64,000 nucleotides of DNA from Balanoglossus misakiensis (lineage: Eukaryota > Animalia > Hemichordata). Under the pieces are notes generated by a model. That model was not told where the DNA came from, did no database searches, and saw nothing but the letters and a program-made list of their open reading frames with translations. Position numbers and translations under genes: made by a program. Positions 14,085 through 26,769 of the stretch are shown here, in pieces (the stretch's first letter is position 1; the number at the start of each line of letters is the position of its first letter). The stretch covers positions 8,209,846 to 8,273,845 of the forward strand of contig CM082577.2 of NCBI GenBank assembly GCA_040954595.2, in the 5' to 3' direction.

Positions 14085-15508
14085 TCACCAACCTTCAGAC
14101 TCCCCCTGCATGACCTGCACATCACCCAATCACATCCCTTGGTATGTGATATCACTTGACACCTGAGAAATATGTAAAGCATTGTGTCATTGTACTCCTG
14201 AGACCACAGATTCACCTTTTGGTCGCCACGGCTACCATTTGCAACAACAGCAACAATATGCAGCAGATGCCTACTCAAAAATACCCAGTGGCATTTACAC
14301 AGGGGTCAGTGATGTCACCCATTGGTTTTGAAAAAGTGCATAAATTTGCATGATTTAACCAAACATGGTTCTGATTGGTCAGTTCATATTCTCTTCAAAC
14401 AGGTGTACAACAGGTGCATGACTGGTGAAACTGAGAAACCTATGAGGACAAGCATTGCAAGGAGCGGTCATTCTAAATACATCATTGCATTATGTTACTT
14501 ATAGCTAAGATGTGCTCTAACAATTTAGCATGTTTCGGTGCTAACTTCCCATACAAAAACAAAATTAAAAACTGAAAAGGTTGCACCTTTGTTCCTATGT
14601 GCCAAAACTTTGGTACATCTACAGTGTACTGCTCTTTGACCCCCCCCCCCCCCCATCTCCCTGCTGTACTCACCTACCACAGACCACAATATCGATGGAC
14701 CAAATAATGGCTATGAAAGTGTCTATGAATCAAACATGACATCTCTCACGTAACTTAAATGTTGAGTCTGTGTTGTCTTGTGTATATGCCTGACAAAGTT
14801 GTACTCTGCAATACAATAAATTGCTGCATGATTTTTGCGGTAACTTTCATCAACAAAGCAAAAGGCTACAAATGTTCTGATTTTGGTCTAAAACAAGCAG
14901 AGAATAATGCCAGCTTGGGAAGCATTTACATGTATTTCTCTGAAATGCCATAAATAATGAATTTTGGTCTGAAAAACTTTGTTGATTGCTAGATTTGCTT
15001 AGAAGTTATATAATATAGAATGAAAAAATGTAAATAAATCATGTTTTTAGTTGACTGGAGGAGACTTCTTGTCAAGGTTTAACTAAAATATCATCTATGA
15101 AGTGATCTGATAACCCAGATACTAAATGTTACTGAGCATTGTAAAATTGCCAAAGTTTTATACAGGTCATGGCCGAGCAATATCAATAGCTGTTTTAACT
15201 GGTCTTTGCAAATCTGCAGCTTTTATATCGTTCTCCCCTGTGTTTGTATTTCTTGTAGCCAGAGTTTGATAACAAATTCCGGGAACTTTTTGCCTCAAAA
15301 CTCTGGAATGCTAGTCACATAAAACGTTCTGCTGAAGTTTTTGGCAGAATATAAACACAAAATATGTGTTTAAAATTTCATGAGGAAAGGAAATGAACTA
15401 TTTCTCCACCCCAATTCTGGCATAGGAAACAGTGGCTCTGAAAAAGGTCCGATGATAAAGCTTTGTTCAACAACGACATAACTTACAATTTCACAAAATG
15501 GCTATTTA

Positions 15509-18500
15509 TTATGTTGAAAAGAAGAAATTAAGTGCCCTGTTGACGTCGTAGTCTGCGGCAAGTGAAACTCTAACCAGTTCTTCTCTTGGCACTTCGTCTC
15601 CTACAATGTCTCGTAGTTGCATGATGCAAGTATCCAGTTCCTCACTGTTTTCTGTCATTGCCAGATTCATCTCTGACGAGTTGGAATCGTCGTCAAAGTT
15701 TGCACCTTGCATGTCGCCTGTCATCGTCTACGGACAAGACAACAGATTAAAACCACAAATGATGAGAGAATTAATATCGGACTCCATACAGACAATACAA
15801 GGACAATCTTACATGTACATTATCTACTGATGATACTTGCATTGACGTTCGCTGCTTTCATGGCCTTACCCTTCCAATATTTTCATCTATATGCGGTCTT
15901 CTCAACAAGTCAATTTCTACTGTTTTGATATCAAGAGACATCTAATCTTGGTCACAAATTTAAAACAGGAAATTCAGCATGAGGTGTTTCAGTGGCTTAC
16001 CTCTCTCTGAGAAATTTGCAAAGCACAGGTGAGTTCCTTCAGTTCTAACTCCGACATCTCCGTGTCATTGGATAAACTCTCAAAGGTGGTGTACTTGCTG
16101 ACGCGGGGTGGGGAGGTCTCGTTGCTATGGAAACGGGAGAATCAACAAAGGGCTCAAAATCCATATATTTGGGCATCACTTTGGGGATGAGAATAGAGGA
16201 TGTTTGATTCTCAAGATATTCAACCACTAGCACCAAGAAATCCGTTTTTAAGGACGATATCTGTTTTCCTTTATTCCTCGTCAAAGGGGATTGATTCTTG
16301 CACTGGCATTCGGTTCCATTACACATCTGGTGACAACATGGCCTCTCTCATTAAAAAACCTGCATCCATGCTCTCCTAGGAACATGTGATCTCTGGCTCC
16401 CTTGTTATACTTAACATGCTGTGTAGTACTACCAGCTGAGATGACGGGAGCAGTGCGACACAACAAAGTCGTTGTTCGGGGTTCTCATTGGAAGGCGACA
16501 CACACTGACGCCAGTCATCAAACGTTTAACCCTTTCACCCCCCAGTTCCCTCTACAGAGGTCTAACCTTACCATAGAAAACAATGGGGTTTGGACTGAAC
16601 CATGGTGGCGAAAGGGTTAACGAACTTTCTCAGAACAGGCTCATGCAACAGAATACAACTATTACAGACATGCTACGTTCACTGTAACGTAATGGTAATG
16701 TTGCTCGTGAAATATCACTCTCTGTTTAGTTTTAAAATATAATAGACATGGAAACTATTGAAGTGCAATCCAAGAAATACTGTTTTAACCACTGTCTGTG
16801 GGTTGCGTACACATGATACAAGATCCATCGCTCAAATACCACACCTTCATTCACCAGATTCACAATGGCCATGATACATGTACCTAAAACTGCATTCATT
16901 CATAAACAACTGAACATTCCTGTTTTATTCCACCGTCAGATAATAATTATGGATGGGCTCTACCATGAGGGTGGCTGGATCCAAACAACTTCCACTCACC
17001 CACTCCATGCGACTAGATCCTCCACTTCTGTCTGTAAATGATCTGGCAGGTCGTCAAACACTTCCGACTGCACTAACGAAGGGGTCTCCATGATGTAATT
17101 CATGGCTGCACCCTGTGGCAGGTTGACAATAAAAGGGAGGGTGAGAATCAAAATAGCAGCCTTCAACAAACGTGAAAGTTTTTCACGCACATTTACTCTT
17201 TTGAAATCTCTGAGTGAATAAAATTGAACACAGAATTGTTGCCATCTATCGTACGGTACATAAAGGTTTTTCAGAGACAGGGTAACTTACTCGTAATGTC
17301 CTTGCATTGAATTGATCGGCTAGTGTGAGCATATAGAAAGCTGTGTCTTCATCCAACTGGGACTTCAAAGCGCCCTCACACAGCTGTTTCAAGGTATCCA
17401 CCTGACAGGAGACAGAACGGCATTGTGGGTGAGCAATCATGTGAAAATCAGCAAAACCTGATCAGTTCCTGATTTTGTTCAAACACTTATGTTTGGGTTT
17501 CTTTGCAGCTACAGCGTGGACTACGAAGTTTGAAATGATCTTTGTGAATCACAGGTGACACCCGCAGATATAAAACTATTTCAGGTTTTTTAAACACTCT
17601 TTCCTGTTATTTCAAGTCTTGAAGTCATTCCATATGCTAGTTCAAAATAAAAATGACTCCCTCTAAGCAAATCAACACATAAGAAAACAGCATGTACTAT
17701 GGATTTCTGCCAGACAGCTTTGCATCCATAGTACGCCAAGTCCCACAAGACATACAGTCACTCACCTCATACCTATCACCCAGTGACATCATGTCGGCTA
17801 ACTGCTCCACTGAGAAATTGGAAGTATCTAAGTGTCCACTGTACAGAAACTGAAGAAATAACTTGAAGAGTGCTGGGTTTGTGTCATGAACTGTGATTTT
17901 CCTGTGGAAGGAACACAAAACAGGTGTAAAAAGTACATGATAAAACAAACTCACTGCTTTCTTCCAAACTCCTTTCCATGTTTAAATATTTGTACTGTGC
18001 TTGTGTACTGATCCTGTTTTTAAAGATGACTTTCTACCAGAATTTTCAAAGCTGACCGAGTGAATATTTTGTCACACTTAATATCAAGATTTATTTTTGT
18101 GAGAACCTTCTTCAAATATAACTTGAATAAATAAAAAAAATCCTAACTGATCTTTGTACTCACTTATCAATCGCTTCCCTCATTCCACTGTTCAAAGCCC
18201 TCCTGAACCAATCACACCTGGCAGCCACTATGACCCGATGAGCTCGGATCTCTGTGATTTCAGTCTGGATGTCACCATGTGATGCTGCTGCCCCCAGTGG
18301 CGACATTTGGGGAGGTGGGGGCGCTGCTGCAGCTGCTGCTGCCTGTGCCAGGAGACCAGTGGTGTGATCGATGACGACGTCCGCCTCCTCAACTGTCGCG
18401 GTAACAGAGGTAAAATGTTAATGAGATGCGGAGAGAATACAACAAGAATATGCAAACGTGCAACAAGAATTACAACTGGAATTACCAGGGTGCAATGAAA

Positions 18501-21500
18501 AAGGTGGAGAACACAACTGGAAATTTTCATCAGACAACAGAATGCTGCTTCTTTTTGGTGGATTAATAAAAAGCAATAGTTCTTCCAATGCACCACCATT
18601 GTTTGCCACATGAAAGATGCAGGTTTGGTTTTGTGTCACAAGAATAAAATTAGCATAGTTTACCTTGTGCATGATGATGAATAATGTCAAAGGTCATATC
18701 GGAAAGGTGGCCCGATTTGAGAAGTTCTGTCGCCGATTTGGCAAGTCGACTCTGACTGGGTGTCGGCGGCACGCAAAGCGATTCCACTGCATTTGTCTAA
18801 ATGATACCGAAAGAGTGATTAAATAATGTGCTTTAGGGTATGGGGAGATGGAATATCACACATTTCTATCAACATTTTTTCCTATGCTATGGTGAGCCAA
18901 GGTAAGCTCACCGTGATAAAATCCTGTGAGCTACGAAAATATTGTACAGCATGTATGATTAACCCTTTTCATCACCATGGTTTGGTGAATCTGAGATTGT
19001 CTGGAACACACATTTGACATGTAAGCAACATACATGTACATGACCGTACTTATTACAATCATACGATTCCTTGTGATGCAAGCATATTAAAAACCAAGTC
19101 TCATTAGACACACAAGCAGATGGGAGACAGGGAAGGGGAGGAAAGGAAAGCAGACATTGTAAGTGACGAATCTCACCTGATATGTTGGTTTGGGGGATCT
19201 GCTCGCTTTGCCGCTGCTGCTGCTAGGACTGGCATTAGTACTTTCTTCTGATTCTGTCAAGCCTCCGTCACACGGCGAATTTGTCTTCTTTGGCACCGGA
19301 TCCATGATGCCCAGCTGTAATATTGCAGTTGTAAATGTCTCCCTGTGCACCAGTTCGCAGATCGGGGTCAGCACTGGCTTCAAGGTGGCTTTGTGTGCGG
19401 TCATCTTATTGAGTACCCATGCCTTGAAAGGTGGAAACAAAAACTGTGACTGTATCGAATTTCTGGGACTTCAATGTTGAAATTCCAGGAGCTTCAAAAG
19501 CTGTCTACTTACCACCCTCGATGATCCAAATTTGAATAAATACTTCCATTCCTTCCATGTCAGTTTCTCTTCAATGGCAGATCCCAGCTGATCTATCCGT
19601 CTCAGGTACTGAGGAAACTTTCCAGGAAAACCCAAGTGAACAATAGTGAGGAAAACACACGGTATAAACAGGAATGATTTTCACTGAGTAAAACTGTTTG
19701 TATCATCATGGAATGCTGAAACTCTCTAGAAATACATGTAGATATATGTGCACTCTAAAATCATTAAATTCTTCTTCCCACAGGAATCCACTGAGAACTA
19801 CTAAAAACACAGTGCTCCAGTAATTCCACACATATTTTGATAATAGCAACAATCAGGACTCTAAAATACATCATTAGTAGACATGATTTTGAAACGCAGG
19901 CAAAATACTCTTAATAATCTTCAGCTTGTAACATTCCCACTGAAAACTCTGTCCGTAGCAGACAGCCATCTTGACCGGAGAGCTGTTCATTATATATGCA
20001 CAGTTAGGATATCTACCTCTTCCATGATCTGTTCCATGTTCCTGACTACTGAGACAACCTTCTCGTTTTGCGTTAAAATCTCAAAATTTTCTCGCTTGTG
20101 CAGCAAAATCATGAACTCCCTGGTTGTCCTCTCGTGGAATTTTCTGAGCTTGACCAGTTCTTTCATGTGCAGTGCCTGCGAGGAGACAAGACCTGTCAAA
20201 ATTACCCGGTTATGATCTGGAAATTTGATGCAATTCATTTTTTCCCCATTCACAACATTAACACCTCAGGAATATTTAATATCAATACATTTATGATGTG
20301 CATCAAATGGACAAGTCTGTAGTACATGTATTTCACACCAGCAACTTACACTTACATGTACTGGTACCAGCTTGGAAATCGGACCGAGCGAAATCTGACC
20401 TTAGCCCAAGAGACGCAGCTACAGTACCCCTGTAAAATACTCACATTTCTAATAGTTCTTCCAAGTACATCTCCTTTGTGCTTTTTCTGCTTTTCCATGG
20501 TATTAGATGCTGTAATGACCTGTTCTATGGCCGTCCTGGCATCAATCACTATCTTGGATAGCATGTCAAGACTTGTCTCAATCTGCCAACAGGGAAAGTA
20601 CAGTAGTTTGTTACCTGACTATAAATCCCCATTTCCGAGTGGTTTGGTCAGACTGATAACCCTTACCATCCCTACTTCACAGTGGTGTGGTCTGACCGAT
20701 CAGGAAACGACAATGGACAAAAGGTGCATTTATGAATTCTGGGGGTGTGTACGATGCCACACATGCTGCATCCATGTATTTTGTGACTTACCTCGGGAAT
20801 GAGGTAAATGGCAATTTCTTGTCTCTGATTAAGAGTAAGATTCTGTGAAAACTGCTGTCTGCATACTTCTACAAATCTGCTCAGCTGACCTAGAAATACT
20901 GGCAGTCTGAAATTCAAAGAAAATACAACACTGAAAAGTGTGTAGCAACTAAGCAAGCATCTTGATTAGCTGTTGGAAACATTTTATTCTGACTGAGGTA
21001 TCTCAACATGTTCATACAAACTGCTAAGAATGTTGTTATACAAAAAATATATATATGGAATGCAAGTTATAATTTCTGAATGGTTACTGACCTGGTCCTT
21101 GCATACTTAATGATTTCATGTCTTTCTTCCCGACTTAATTCACCTTTCCTTCTTGAAAAGAGGTCACACAGAGTAAGAAATTTGGCACCAGCTGTTGGTA
21201 TGACAAGATATACGTTGGGTCGGTCATCATTTTGGGACATCTCATTCCATCAGTGAGTTGTCCACCTTTTACCCAGAATGCAATTATTGTAATCTGATTT
21301 GACCCCCTAGCACACTGTAAAATCCTATTTAAAGGTATACGGTCACCTATGGAAAATTACGATAGTTACCATGGCAAATTGAAATTTAGCCAATCACATG
21401 TTTTCAGTGGGTGGCACACGCGAAAAAACAGCGTCACCATTTGTTCTTTAGAACGCTCAAATACGCCATTTCAGCCATATATGGGCGTATGTAAATTGGA

Positions 21501-24236
21501 GGTGACTGTATACCTTTAATGCAGACAGAATTCATCTTACAAACCACCTACCTACAGCTCCTTCACGCAGGGCTTGTTTGAATGAGTAGCACAGTTTGGC
21601 GGGATCCGCAAAAGCATTCCCACTGCTGCTGCCTACCCCGTCATCACCACTGCTTCCCTGACCGTTGAAGATATCTATGACACGATCTGCACAAGTGTGG
21701 ATGTCACTGATCAAGCCGAGTATCTCTGTAGAAATGAATCAGACAGAATCAAACATTGAATCTACATACGTCAAACATCCAAGCTCCCTATATCCAACAT
21801 AACTATGATATGATTACCGTGTTAAATCCCCAGATTTCTGTGGGTCGATTTCACTTTTCCAGGCCACTGCATGATTTTCCAGGAGTGTGCAAAACCCTGC
21901 AATTTGTGCAATAACAGATACAGCACTTTCTTTGAGATCTTCAAAAACATCTCTTTACATTTTTTGCTATGTGCCATACAACTAATCCAAGAGACAATTG
22001 TTTCAACATACGCTGTTTCAAAGCTGTGTTTTTCAGGAATGTCTGACAGAGTTCAGCGAGCTTCTCCAGACCCGGCAGCTTGGCAGCCGTCTTGTGACAC
22101 GACCTGGCAGTGTCTTCGCTAAGACCCTTGGGCAGACACTCGGCATACAGATAGTAGAGTATAGTGTGCAGAACATCGGACTGTAAATTGGACAAGGGTG
22201 GTGGTGTTCTCTGCCAGTCCATGTTAGGGCAGCTCACTTGAAGGATTGTTTGGTGAACTTTGAACTGGAGGGCATACAAAATATTCAGCATGAGTTATTT
22301 CTCAAATAAACAGATGATTCATACTTCCTACAAATAGAGTTCGCGCATCAAAGCTCCCAGACTTTCAGGGAGTTTTTTTTCCCGCAATTTCCTATGTGTT
22401 TTTGAGGTCAAAAACTTTTTAAATTTTATGATAAAGTAAGCAGAAAAATTAATCTAGTCTATTCAAGGCCATGTTAACAAGCAAAAGACAAAAGTCAAAG
22501 GTCAATAGTTGATAAAAGTTAACTTATTCTTGTGTGACAGCGTTTAGTTCATGAAATGTGAAGCAACCATACCTCTTTTCCATTGTCTGCCTTAATATGA
22601 AGGTCGGCAAAATAACCATGCTCTAATGCATTTAGGAATGAGAATGGCATGTCTGCAATCTGGTCACTAGCTGAAAGCTGAGGGGAAAATATCAGAAAAT
22701 TATTCACAAGTGTTGGCGCAAACTTGCACTGTTGCAAAGTGTTTAGACACAAGGATGAGACAATGATTTATATCGATACACTGTCTGCATTCATACAGCT
22801 AAGATATTTTTTCTGTAGTAAATTGTGAGTTGGTTACCTTTTCACAGGATAGAATAAAACAGTTTTCATAATTAAGCACCAGCATTTCATCAGGTCTGGT
22901 TGACACCTGCAAAAGATTTGTGGGAAAATATTCAGTGAAAGTAAAATTCAATTGTGTTCTGTTTATTTACTTGACTAAGCTGTATCATACCACCATAAAA
23001 CATGTAGATAGACAGACATGAATAATGACTACCGCATATACAGAGAAATAAAATAATAATAATGGCCACCTTGAATTCTATTACATCTCCAGTTGTTGTT
23101 CCAACTAGTTTCAGAAGAGGAGGATCCCCTGTGATGTACTATGGAAACAAAAATACAACAAAGTTAGTCAACTACGCCTCGCCCTCACAGAGCCATCATG
23201 AATTTGAACTCAAAGCGAGGCCAATGGGGAAAGTTAATTGACCAATCACATCGAGGGGATTTGCCCATTGGCCTCTCTTTGAGTTCAATTTCATGATGGC
23301 CGCATGAGGGCGCTAGACTTATGAAAAGGGTATATTTGAGACGTTTCTGGTACTTTGGTTGTTTGAATGAAGGACTAAACATTACCTCATAAATCTCACA
23401 GTTGGTGACAAAAGATGGAATGGTTTCTGCATTTGCGGATACTTTCCAGGTGACTTCTCCTGAATCATCAAACGTCAGCTCGGTCCTTTCAAGAACAGAA
23501 CAACAAATTTTTTTTATTATTTAGTTATAAAAATGGACACAGCAAAACATTATTGTTTGAAGAAAGAATGTGTCAAAACATATTTCATTTGCACAGTAAA
23601 CTTGATACTAAATTCCAAAACAAAACAGTGTTTTAAAAAGCGATTTGTTATCTCAATGACAATGTAGAAAACTGGTTCAGAGTGTGGCCCATTATCCATA
23701 AAGCTGGTTCATATGTCTTCAAGGATTTTTCATAATAGGTGAAAATAACTCAAGGTCATATTATGCAATACCATCAACAAAAACTTAGATTCACTGTAAA
23801 CAATGTCACAAAATTTCATTGACAAATAAATGTACATGCATACTTTAATACAAAAGAAGTCATTATGTTTGGTCACATTAAGGTCGTGAGAATCTGAAAC
23901 ATCAAGAACAATGTCCTATAAACCAATGTTTCTTTGTCTTTAATTAAATGCATGGCCAAAACTCTACTCTCTCGCGAGTTTCAATGAAAATGTCAGGATC
24001 GTACTACATGTATATTTATGTACAGTGGACTTACCCCTGCAGTCCACTCGACTCGAGTTCGTCGGCGGTCGCGGACAGGGTTTTCACCTCTGCCACCTGA
24101 AATTCAACACAAATATCATGCACTCAATAATATAGTAATCATTTTTCCACTGTTAAACATCAAAATGGCGATTCATCCAATAAAGGAGCAAAATTACCTT
24201 CCAGGAACCGTGGATATTCCCGATTTCGTCCGCCAT
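15509..24236 (-). CDS. Double BTB/POZ-domain protein with C-terminal HBS1_N/CUE-like helical domain (spliced, ~21 exons)
   Basis: Exons with GT-AG ends, most checked for phase: 24236-24198 (MADEIGNIHGSWK), 24096-24035, 23485-23386, 23138-23085, 22906-22838, 22677-22573 (FADLHIKADNGKE), 22264-22012 (FKVHQTIL..LYYLY; BTB1), 21725-21552, 21191-21092, 20906-20792, 20582-20445, 20175-20017, ~19620-19513, ~19422-19177, ~18796-18664, ~18393-18164, ~17901-17766 (FKLFLQFLYSG..LGDRYE; BTB2), ~17401-17291 (LKQLCE..LADQFNA), ~17112-17000, 16124-16001, 15727-15509 (LDTCIMQLRDIVGDEVPREELVRVSLAADYDVNRALNFF). Confidence 0.9.
16530..16616. mobile_element. 87-bp piggyBac-like miniature element
   Basis: TTAA|CCCTTTCACC...GGCGAAAGGG|TTAA: TTAA TSD and CCCTTT termini. 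Inverted copy at 51840-51923 and a left-end fragment at ~18963-18990. Confidence 0.8.
21333..21515. mobile_element. Kolobok/T2-like MITE
   Basis: TTAA|AGGTATACGGTCACCT...AGGTGACTGTATACCT|TTAA: TTAA TSD with AGG...CCT termini, in an intron of the BTB gene. Confidence 0.75.
23178..23334. mobile_element. Palindromic MITE-like element, copy 2 (left end eroded)
   Basis: cgccctcacagagccatcatgaatttgaactcaaagcgaggccaatggg...cccattggcctctctttgagttcaatttcatgatggccgcatgagggcgctagacttatgaaaaggg; homologous to 13911-14084. Confidence 0.8.
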
Positions 24237-24300
24237 CTTGAAAGTGTTTTTGTGATACAGCGCATGTGCAGGGGTGTTTTAACTCTCAAGTATGACGTCA
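24229..24300 (-). promoter_or_regulatory. BTB-gene proximal elements: YY1-type CAAGATGGCGG over the start codon and a CRE TGACGTCA
   Basis: ccgccatcttg at 24230-24240 overlaps the ATG; tgacgtca at 24293-24300. Motif matches only. Confidence 0.5.
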
Positions 24301-24316
24301 TGTACTAATTATAGCA

Positions 24317-24643
24317 ATGGAGGCTCATCCAGCTGACCATGTGCAAATTGATGAAGATGACACATGCATCATTATTAGAGCTGTGCTGGAATATCGAACG
24401 TGGCACTCGAAGTCCACACAATATCGTAGAGAGGGTGAAATTGTCACTGCTTGTGATTTGGAAATGAAGTAGTGGTTTGACTACATTAGTAGTATCCATC
24501 AGCTTACTGAAGTCTTGGAGCATTTTCCACTATCAGTATCAGATATTGAAAGACATTTAGTGGAGGAAGGACATTTGCGTAGATTCTTACTCAACCAACA
24601 AATATACCAGGATGTAAGATCAGGAAAATGGCTAATAAAATGA
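24317..24643 (+). pseudogene. Stop-interrupted 109-codon reading frame (51 aa + TAG + 56 aa), unknown origin
   Basis: ATG at 24317, single in-frame TAG at 24470-24472, TGA at 24641-24643, AATAAA at 24634-24639. Translation looks globular-protein-like but matches nothing I recognise. Confidence 0.35.
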
Positions 24644-26769
24644 GCACACCCACACACAGCATACACTCATATATTACTGAAGACATACTCAAGTTTTATT
24701 TGTTTTAATAATCTGAATTCTGAAATTGCATTTCACAAGCTGTCAATGTCTCCACATTGGTAAGAATTGTTTTGAACCATATTATGTTATCTCTGATGTA
24801 CATGCATATGTATCTCTGATACATATGCATGTACATATTTTATGGTAACATGTCCATTTCACAATTTCTGGTTCTACATTTGATCAAACATGTATTGGTA
24901 CATCGCAAAATGCTTCATCACCTTGACCTTTCAGATATTTTTTTCTGTATTTTATTTGTTCTGTCTATCACCTGCAGTTTTGTGTTCAGGTCTCTACAAC
25001 ATGTATTTTAGTATTTTGCTAATCAACGTAGCATAGACTGCATGTATGCACAATGAGGATTGTTATTGTTAAATAAAGTTTTCATACGTCTAGACTAATT
25101 TAATTATTCAGACATGTCTTACATCTTGTTCCGTTACTATGGTAACCATGGTGAAAAACTTGGAATGCAGATATTTCCATTCAGTACAAAATGAAATTGA
25201 CAGAGAGGAAGAGTTTATCAAGTGACATTATTTCAAAGTGTAAGAATATTGAAAGTACAACATGATACAATATTTGAGAAATAAATGATCAGCAGAATTA
25301 CACGCAAATCATAGATTACAGAGAGTCCAGTACAGCATAATCCATTCACTTTGTAAGCACCAACAGTACTGGTATCGGAGCAATCATGAATTCAAAATCG
25401 AAATGGGCGATTTATTGTAAATGATATTTTTTTGAATTCTGAAAAGAGATGATGGTCTCAAAGTCAGATTGCAGCTAAGTCACTTTTCAAATCACCGCTC
25501 TCCCAAATTCTATAAAGTTCTTCTAAAGTCCTCTGAAGCACATGTGGAATCCTGGCTGTAACACCAAAATGACACTGGGATGTACTAAAGTCATACGCTT
25601 ACCTACTTTTACAGTGACTGGCACTGAATGTGAATCAGTATGGTGTGGAGGTGATCCCTTCTCAGTTGGTAAGGGACTCTATAAAAACTGAGACTGTGCA
25701 ACCCTAACAATTCTAATTCTGATAAATTATCAACGTAAGCTATAACAATTTCACAATTTCAACTTAGCAATACAGCAAGAATATAGACAATAAATAAACA
25801 ATAATATTATGAAAGGCTCAGGATGTATCAAGGTCACCAAGGGGTCACGAAAGTGGGCTGTTGTCAAAAGCCTGTTACAGCACCACTGCACTGTTAAGGT
25901 ACTGTCACATCCATACATATCTGTTACAACACATTCAATTACAGTTTAGACTTGATAACAAGACGAATTTACACTCTTTTATATATAAGCTAGTACACAA
26001 CGTCTCAAAAACATGTATCCGCACATAAATATACACATTTTACCTATACCGGTACTCAAAGGCCAATAAACATAGCACAAAATTCAACAAACTGTACAGC
26101 ATAAATTCACCATCACAGATGGCATAATCTTGCCGAAGACGACAAAAATAAAGCCATCTCAAATAAATCACACCTATTTATAGCCATGAAGACCATTGTG
26201 ATTTTCTTCTATAGCGCATTGAATGGCACCTTTGAAATTTCCCACAAAATGCAATGCTTGCTATGTTGCAGTATGGACAGTTTATATGTATGTTTGTGTT
26301 CACACAATATGTGATTGTAGTACAATGCTGATGATTGTAGAAAAATGTTTTTGATTTGTAAATTACTCTTAATCCGTAGAGTGGCCAGACTTGTAGTACT
26401 GACAAGATCGATCGTGTACCAAGCATATATGTCCATGGCATTCTGTGTGCATTGATTTAGTTTTGTTTCTACGGCTGTCAAATATTTTCAACACGAGTCT
26501 GGATAGAACAATGTGCCTATCAGCCCAGGTCGTATTCAGCCCACAGAGCTCATGTCCATTATCATGAACAGTTCTGGAAAACACTGGTTGATCCAGACAG
26601 AAACACAAATTCACACAAAACTGGACAGAACAAAACAAAACGAAATCAAATCAGTTGAGTTTTGTCATAATAAATCTTAATGCAGTGGATTGAAACCACA
26701 AAGAAATAATGTAAATATTACTCTTCAAAAAATCAAATCTTACAAATCTACATGTATTTCCTGACAAGG

